From positions 2,240,001-2,304,000 of the forward strand of contig OZ242318.1 of the NCBI GenBank assembly GCA_965208105.1: DNA of 64,000 nucleotides, read 5' to 3'. The first letter of the stretch is position 1, and each line of letters starts with the position of its first letter. The stretch comes from Candidatus Latescibacterota bacterium (GTDB lineage Bacteria; Latescibacterota; UBA2968; UBA8231). The notes beneath the pieces are model-generated. The model was not told the origin of the DNA and ran no database searches. It saw only the letters and a list, made by a program, of their open reading frames with translations. Positions 57,947-64,000 of the stretch are shown piece after piece. Position numbers and translations under genes: made by a program.

Positions 57947-60667
57947 TTAGCCTTCTTCGCCGACCGCGCGGAACTCGTATGAGCCAGACCCCACTTCAAA
58001 GGTCACATAGTCGTGAGATTCTCGGCCCCCGGTTATGCCTTCGACAGCGGCGATGTAGCCGCCGTCCTTCCAGATAGTTTCATCGCCCTCTTTGACGCTG
58101 ACATTCCGCAGGCCGATTTTTGGGACGCTTACTGTCGACTTGCAGTTGACCGGAATAACTACCCTCATATCCATTGCCGAGTCTCCCCTCTCCCACTGCA
58201 CCGCCACCATCCCCCTAACGGTGCGGGTCCATGCCTTGACCCAGGTCAAGTCGCCCACGGGGCTGGGTTTGACCGCCAAGCGCCTGAAGCCGGGTGCCTC
58301 GGGGCGGATGCCGGCCAGATCTTTGTAGAAGAACTTGTCGATGCTGCAGAAGATCTTCATGTTGCAGCTCAGCCGCTGCCGCGGGTCCCCGTCCCAGGTT
58401 TCCCAGACCGTGGTGGCGCCGCGCTCGATCTGATAGCCCCAACCGGGAAAGGTGGTCTGGGTGGCAATGCGGTACAAGACGTCGGCGGCGGCGCAGCGAG
58501 GCAGGGCGTGTGCCAGGGCGTTGGTGCCGACCAGGCCGGTGGACAGGTGCCCGTTGTGCCGCTTGGCGATGTCGTCGAGCAGATTCTTTGCCACCGCTTC
58601 CACCCGGTCTTCGGGGACCATGTCGAAAGCAAGGGGCAGCGCGTTGGCCGTTTGGCTGCCGGAAGCATATTGGTTGGTGTCTCCGTGCAAGAATTCCCTA
58701 TTGAACGCCTCCTTGATCTCCGCGGCTAGTGCTGAAAAGTCTTCGGCGTCTCCGTTCTTGCCGAGAATCTCCGCCGCACGGGCCGCGATGCAGGCGTCGA
58801 GATAGTAGTAGGCCGTTGAAGTGAGCGCCGTCGGCGTGTGAAGAGGGCGGTGGCTGGTGGTGCCGTCGGCTTGGGGTTCCATGTGGTCGCCGAGTCCTGC
58901 GGAAATGATGTGATCCGTCGACTGGGCCCGCAGGAATTCCACCAGCTTGACTACGCCGTCGTAGTGTGTCGCCAGGATGCGTTCGTCGTCGTAGAATTGG
59001 TAGACCTGCCAGACCACGAGCGGGTAGGTGCTCTTCCACACGGGCATCATTCTGAAAGCATCGTGGGTTCGGCGCCAGTGCAGTGGACAGATGACTGGAA
59101 TGTCTCCGTCGGGCTTCTGCGCATCTTTCAAGTCGTCTGCCCATTTCGTCCAGAAGCTGGCGGTATCGAAGTTGAAGATGTAGTCCTCGGGTATGGGATC
59201 GCCCAACCATCCGACCCGTTCGGCGCGGTCCGCCGCATCCTGGGGAAAGCCCTGCATACTGCTGGCAAGGGTCCAGCAGATGTTGTGGTGAATCTGGTTG
59301 ACCAGGGCGTTGGAACAAGCGAAACTTCCGGCGGTATCCACCGACGAATGGACGACCCGCCCCTCCACGCTGTCCAGGTCCGCCGCGCCTGAATATCCGT
59401 CCAGTGCTACATAGCGAAAGCCGTGCAGGGTAAAGCGCGGTTCCCACACCTCGGCGCCTGCGCCTTTGGCGATATAGGTATCGGTCTGCCTGGCAATATG
59501 GTCGGTGCGCCCCTGGTCAAAGAGGTTGCTCCTGGCATCCAGGGTTCCATCGTCGTAAACCCTGGCGCCGTGTCTCAAGCTAATCCGCGAACCCCTTGGT
59601 CCCCGCAGGCGCAGTCTGCACCAGCCGCTGAAATGCTGGCCGAAATCAAAAACATGGGTGCCCACCCCCGAATGGAAGCACCCCACCGGCTTCAGGGTCC
59701 TCATCACCCTGATCGGCGGCAGCGCCTGCGCGGTCAGGACCCCGCCTGGCGCCTCTGCAGATTCAGCCGGTCCCCAGGCCGAGTCGTCGAAGCCGGTCCT
59801 GTCCCAGGCAGGCGCTTCCAGGCGTGCGTCGTAGGTTTCCCCGTGGCAGTAGTCGTTGTAGGTGATCGGCCCGCCCACCACTTTCCAAGTCTCGTCGCTG
59901 GCGACATAGACCTGCGTTCCGTCGACCAATTCCACGTTCATCTGCAGCAGCAGACGAGGCCGTTCGCCATAGGGTTCGCGGTGCATCGGCGCCTGGGGGA
60001 TATCGGCTTCGGCGCTGTACCATCCATTGCCCAGCATTACCCCGAATGCGTTGGCCCCGGTCTGGAGTTGGTCGCGCACATCGTAGGTCACGTAAAAAAC
60101 CCGCGCACCCAGCTCCACGGGCTGGTCGTTGTTGTAGTAGGTGGTGGCCGGGTCGAGGACGTGATCGCCTATTCTCTCACCGTTGATGTGGAGTTCGTAG
60201 TATCCCAGGCCTGAGATGTAGACCTTTGCGGTCTTGACTTTCTCTTGGAGGGTGAATTCCTTGCGCAGGAGCGGCGCGGAGATTTCCTCGGGGGCGGCAA
60301 TCCATTTGCCCATCCAGTCGCCAGCCTCCAACAATCCCATGCTGAAGGTGGCCGATTCGCTCCAGGGACCGGGGCCGTCTTCTGTATCCCACGCCCTCAC
60401 CTTCCAGCAACAGGTTTCGCAACTACCTAAGGTCTCCCCAGAATAGACCACGTTCACCGACCGCTCCGACCCTACCTTGCCACTGTCCCACTTGTCGCCC
60501 TTGGCAGAGGCCACGGCCTTTTCAGTGGTGGAGACGAGGATTTGGTAGGCGGACTGCATTTGTCCGCGCCGCTCCGTCTCCAGCAGCCAAGAAAATCGCG
60601 GCCGCGGCACGTCGATGCCCAGGGGATTGACGGCGTACTCGCACTTCAACTTTACGGGCGTCAGCAT
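57947..60667 (-). CDS. Alpha-L-rhamnosidase (GH78)
   Basis: L.CEY..NPLGID..PRFSW, GLGYYEL, DFGQ.F.G, FT.HGFRY, P.D...R.ER.GW.GD, GATT.WE.W. Confidence 0.92.
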   Translation of the reverse strand: MLTPVKLKCEYAVNPLGIDVPRPRFSWLLETERRGQMQSAYQILVSTTEKAVASAKGDKWDSGKVGSERSVNVVYSGETLGSCETCCWKVRAWDTEDGPGPWSESATFSMGLLEAGDWMGKWIAAPEEISAPLLRKEFTLQEKVKTAKVYISGLGYYELHINGERIGDHVLDPATTYYNNDQPVELGARVFYVTYDVRDQLQTGANAFGVMLGNGWYSAEADIPQAPMHREPYGERPRLLLQMNVELVDGTQVYVASDETWKVVGGPITYNDYCHGETYDARLEAPAWDRTGFDDSAWGPAESAEAPGGVLTAQALPPIRVMRTLKPVGCFHSGVGTHVFDFGQHFSGWCRLRLRGPRGSRISLRHGARVYDDGTLDARSNLFDQGRTDHIARQTDTYIAKGAGAEVWEPRFTLHGFRYVALDGYSGAADLDSVEGRVVHSSVDTAGSFACSNALVNQIHHNICWTLASSMQGFPQDAADRAERVGWLGDPIPEDYIFNFDTASFWTKWADDLKDAQKPDGDIPVICPLHWRRTHDAFRMMPVWKSTYPLVVWQVYQFYDDERILATHYDGVVKLVEFLRAQSTDHIISAGLGDHMEPQADGTTSHRPLHTPTALTSTAYYYLDACIAARAAEILGKNGDAEDFSALAAEIKEAFNREFLHGDTNQYASGSQTANALPLAFDMVPEDRVEAVAKNLLDDIAKRHNGHLSTGLVGTNALAHALPRCAAADVLYRIATQTTFPGWGYQIERGATTVWETWDGDPRQRLSCNMKIFCSIDKFFYKDLAGIRPEAPGFRRLAVKPSPVGDLTWVKAWTRTVRGMVAVQWERGDSAMDMRVVIPVNCKSTVSVPKIGLRNVSVKEGDETIWKDGGYIAAVEGITGGRESHDYVTFEVGSGSYEFRAVGEEG

Positions 60668-60846
60668 GGAGGGAAAATAAGACCTCGCTCTGGTGCGGTG
60701 TCAACGAACACAGCCTTTGCGCGTTTCTGCTGAAAGCTCGTCGTTTGCGGGGCACCCCGCATTGGACCATTCGGCGTGTACGCTCCTCGCTCTGCGGCTT
60801 CTTATCCACTTGGGGCTCAAAGAGATTTGCCCACCTGAATACAACC

Positions 60847-60876
60847 TTGACAATTTCATACCGTAGATCATATTAT
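60847..60876 (+). promoter_or_regulatory. Sigma-70-type promoter
   Basis: TTGACA (60847-60852), 18 bp spacer, TATTAT (60871-60876), about 110 bp upstream of ATG 60987. Confidence 0.6.
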
Positions 60877-60986
60877 ATTCTGTCTTGTGTGACCAGTCCG
60901 TCGCCGAAAACCTCATTGCGCTACTAGATCGGAAAAACTTGAGCATGCGCATGGATTCCAAACCCTCAAGCCAAGGAGGAAGCCTC

Positions 60987-62864
60987 ATGCATAGATTGCG
61001 CGCTAGTTCGTTCGGATGGATCCTGTTCCTGCTGGTCCCGGGGGCTGTGTGGGCGCAGGAGTATCCCCAATCGACTACGTGGGATGGTGTAACCATCGTA
61101 CCGCCCACGGTATCCGGAGTGTTCAACGTCCTGGAAATCGCTACCCAGGATGTGGAGTGGGATGGAAGCGGCAGTGTAACCATTCCCTTCACCATCAACC
61201 AGCGCGGCACGGTGTGGATGGCGGTGTACAGGAAGGGCTCGAACGAAGTCGGGCGGAGGGGGCCCGGCGGCGGCTGGCTGCGGCTGGAGCCGCAGGATTT
61301 ATTCGTAGCACGCACTCCTGGGATCTCCGTGGAGGCCGGCCGGAACTCCATTACCTGGGATGGGATAGATTTCGAAGGCAATCCAGCCGGCTCCGGCGCC
61401 TACGAATTTGACCTGATCGGAGTCAACAATGTCGACAATTCCTCTCTGGCCGGTCCGGCATCTCCTGGTGGCGGTTGGACCGAGAATTCCATCGACGTAC
61501 GCCTCGACCCCCCCGAAGTCTGGGTCCATGAACATCACAATCCCCAACCCGATATTGGGCGCTCGGGAGCTGATATGATCCGAGGCACCCTTGGCACGGA
61601 CTATATCGCCAATCCCAGCGCTTGGGAGCGTTGGAACTACAGGGAGGTATTTGACTTTGAAGGCGCCCATACCTGGGGCGGCACCAAAGTCGACGACGTC
61701 GATCCCGAGATCTGGTGGACGAATCACCGGCGGGGTGAAATGGCCGGACTCTTCAAGATGCAGAAACAGGCCGCCACCAAGACCTTTTCCCGCGTCACCG
61801 ATTTTGGAGAAAACGGCTGGTCCAAGGCCGTGGAGGACAACCGCATCGTGGGCATCGCGCCCTGGGGAGAGGCGGTTTACCAGGTGAACTGGAGCGTGGC
61901 CGACAATCCCACCACCGGCATCCACAGATACGACAAGGCTACCGGCGAATTTCTCAGCTCCTGGGATACCAACGAGTTCTACACTTTTGTCGCCGTCGAC
62001 GATCAAGGGAATGAGCAGATCAGAACGCTGGGACCTGGAAAGATACACGTAAACGAAAGGGGAATGTGGATTTCTGCCTGGAGAACCACCTCTCCCGTCC
62101 TTCACATGAACCACGAAGGTACGCCGATCTGGGCGCACTTCCCAGGCGATGGGGTCGCCGGCTCGGTCTCCTTTGAGCAGGCCGAAGAGTTTGGCGTCGC
62201 CGCGCACATTGGAATTGTAATACACACGCGAGCCGACCGCAGTGGTAAGGTCGTGTTTCTGAGCGAAACCGAAAGGCCTGACGAAGCCGTGTTCGCCATG
62301 CTTGGCCGCGATGGCAGCGGCATCGCACCGGTATCCATGGCGCCCGGGACGGGACCATGGCAACCCGGACCCTATGTCTGGTACCTGAATATCGTTTCCG
62401 CAGGCAGCAGCTGGGACGGCCTGTACAAAGGCACGGGCATGAATATTCTCACCCACGACTATGAACACCCGGAGGAAGGGAACGCCAACCCGGGCATGAT
62501 GATGTATATTCCCTATGGGGTAGGTTCCGGCAGGCTTGGTGACGGGGCGACGGCAGTGCAAGAGATCCAGGCTTCCGGTCTGCCCAGCAGCTACAGCCTG
62601 AGGGCGGCCTATCCAAACCCGTTCAACCCGGATACCACCATCGAGTTTGCCCTGCCGGCTGACGATTTCGTGAAGATCCATGTGTTCAACACAGCCGGCC
62701 AGTTTATAACCCGCTTGGTGCATGAGTCGCTCAGCGCAGGTGCGTACAAGACCACGTGGAACGGGCGCGACCAGCTAGGCAAGCCGGTTGCCAGCGGGGT
62801 CTACTTCTATCGGATGCAGGCGGGGGCGTTTACTGCAACGCACTCGGCGACTTTGTTGAAATAG
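60987..62864 (+). CDS. Secreted protein with FlgD-Ig-like domains (C-terminal T9SS-CTD-like)
   Basis: AAGGAGG RBS; signal peptide (AVWA/QE); C-terminal AYPNPFNP.TTI.F.LP...WNGRD..G.PVASGVYFYRM; a second FlgD-like segment near the N-terminus (ITWDG.D..GNP..SG.Y). Confidence 0.85.
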   Translation: MHRLRASSFGWILFLLVPGAVWAQEYPQSTTWDGVTIVPPTVSGVFNVLEIATQDVEWDGSGSVTIPFTINQRGTVWMAVYRKGSNEVGRRGPGGGWLRLEPQDLFVARTPGISVEAGRNSITWDGIDFEGNPAGSGAYEFDLIGVNNVDNSSLAGPASPGGGWTENSIDVRLDPPEVWVHEHHNPQPDIGRSGADMIRGTLGTDYIANPSAWERWNYREVFDFEGAHTWGGTKVDDVDPEIWWTNHRRGEMAGLFKMQKQAATKTFSRVTDFGENGWSKAVEDNRIVGIAPWGEAVYQVNWSVADNPTTGIHRYDKATGEFLSSWDTNEFYTFVAVDDQGNEQIRTLGPGKIHVNERGMWISAWRTTSPVLHMNHEGTPIWAHFPGDGVAGSVSFEQAEEFGVAAHIGIVIHTRADRSGKVVFLSETERPDEAVFAMLGRDGSGIAPVSMAPGTGPWQPGPYVWYLNIVSAGSSWDGLYKGTGMNILTHDYEHPEEGNANPGMMMYIPYGVGSGRLGDGATAVQEIQASGLPSSYSLRAAYPNPFNPDTTIEFALPADDFVKIHVFNTAGQFITRLVHESLSAGAYKTTWNGRDQLGKPVASGVYFYRMQAGAFTATHSATLLK

Positions 62865-63363
62865 GCCTCGCCGTGTTGGGGCTGGAGACCGTTGGCGCGA
62901 GGATGCCGCCTCTCCGCTGACACTGTTGAAAGCCGGGTCGGAATGCGGCTCTCTGGAAAGGCCAGTTCTGAGGGAGTGAGTTGGATGGGTTCACTTCCCG
63001 CGGAACTGGCTTTTCTCTGGTGTGCCGACAGGAGAATAATTTGCCAGGCAGGATGCACCGAGCCGCCCGGCTGGCAGTGCGCTCGAGCCAGGAATACTGG
63101 TTGGTACGGCGAGCCAAGGCAACGACCCGAGCCCGCGTGGATTGGCGCCGGAAAGCGCGCCCTAGCCAGGCGAAATTTTCGGCGGCGAAATACAACCAAT
63201 GCCGCAAAACGGCGCAATAGAGCCTTCGCGTCCAAGTCGCGATCAGAGCGGTAGGCAAAAACATGCGATCGGTCGAACGGAACTTGGTCTCCAAGGGTGG
63301 ACACTGGTCCGGGATGGAGAGCTGCCGGCACCAGGTTTTTTCCGACAAAGGTGTGTGCGGACC

Positions 63364-64000
63364 ATGAGCTACAAAAGCTGGGCCTGGCTCCTGCAGCTAT
63401 TGGGGGCCATGTGCGCCAGTGCCGTGGGAGGACAGGACCAGGGAGACCGCGTGCGCCTGCGCGAGGTGGAATCGTCGAGGCCCTTTCTGCGCCTCCAGCG
63501 CCCCGCTTACCGCAACTTTGCGCGAGACCCTTTTGAAAACTACGACAACCACACCTTTCCCTACTCGAGTACGCGCAGGGGTTTCTACGACTTCATGGGC
63601 GAATACCTTATCCGGGGCTACGAACTCTACAACTGGACGGAAAGGCGTTCGCCAGGGCTGCAATACGGTAGCGCCGCTGCAAAGGATCTGCTCATGTTCC
63701 GGGACGTCATCGATCACCTGGTGGTGGCCCGGGACGGATATGGTTCGTGGGGCTACAGTGCCATTGTTGGCGACGCCCTGATCGCTCGCTTCACGCCCCT
63801 GACCCTATCCATGACCACCTTCAACGGAGCGCGCTTCGATCTGTCCATGCCCCGCTACAAGCTCACCCTGCTGGGATCGCGCATTGAAAAACCCGTCGAC
63901 GCCACGAATACTTCCCTCGTTTTCATAGGCGGCGATCCTTCGATCAGCCAGGAAGACTACTGGTATACCTTCTTCGCCGATGCGTCCGTCATGCTTCTTG
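63364..64000 (+). CDS. Secreted or outer-membrane hypothetical protein, 5' part only
   Basis: Open frame from ATG 63364 to the window end: MSYKSWAWLLQLLGAMCASAVGG (signal-like)...FTPLTLS...FNGARFD; aromatic-rich. Confidence 0.75.
   Translation, partial: MSYKSWAWLLQLLGAMCASAVGGQDQGDRVRLREVESSRPFLRLQRPAYRNFARDPFENYDNHTFPYSSTRRGFYDFMGEYLIRGYELYNWTERRSPGLQYGSAAAKDLLMFRDVIDHLVVARDGYGSWGYSAIVGDALIARFTPLTLSMTTFNGARFDLSMPRYKLTLLGSRIEKPVDATNTSLVFIGGDPSISQEDYWYTFFADASVMLL

Noticed and set aside
62865-63363. ncRNA or small gene in the 500-bp intergenic gap
   Set aside because: No recognisable RNA motif, repeat or credible ORF could be supported by eye.

Overview
High-GC bacterial window with about 45 genes. 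The gene content points to an FCB-group organism, probably Ca. Latescibacterota-like; this is an inference from a FlgD-Ig C-terminal secreted protein, a DUF6785-type membrane protein, two PhyH and two enolase-superfamily enzymes, and a Bacteroidota-type NtrC/MacB locus. Main blocks: (1) 1-10.8 kb housekeeping and envelope genes (class IV aminotransferase, probable PMI plus ManC, tatC, lnt, radC, DUF151). They are interrupted by an intact IS1111-type (IS110 family) element inserted exactly into the CTAG terminus of a ~160-bp palindromic MITE, with bridge-RNA guides readable in its 3' non-coding end. (2) 10.8-21.6 kb carbohydrate catabolism (two GHL6/GH42-like paralogs, Gfo/Idh/MocA, TIM-barrel isomerase, PhyH, enolase-family dehydratase, nagBA), followed by a Fic gene. 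(3) 23.2-45.7 kb sigma-54 two-component system next to six MacB/FtsX-type permeases, one membrane-fusion protein, two ATPases and a DUF4097 protein. This block has a duplicated enhancer/IHF-like/-24/-12 promoter module, a stand-alone copy of the activator's receiver domain and a stand-alone Fis-type HTH. (4) 45.8-64 kb sugar and aminosugar enzymes, a scar of gene fragments, a truncated DHDPS-family gene followed by a probable orphan IS110-type left end, GH65-like and GH78 hydrolases, and secreted proteins. No rRNA, tRNA or CRISPR array was recognised. Family assignments come from motif recognition, not database searches.
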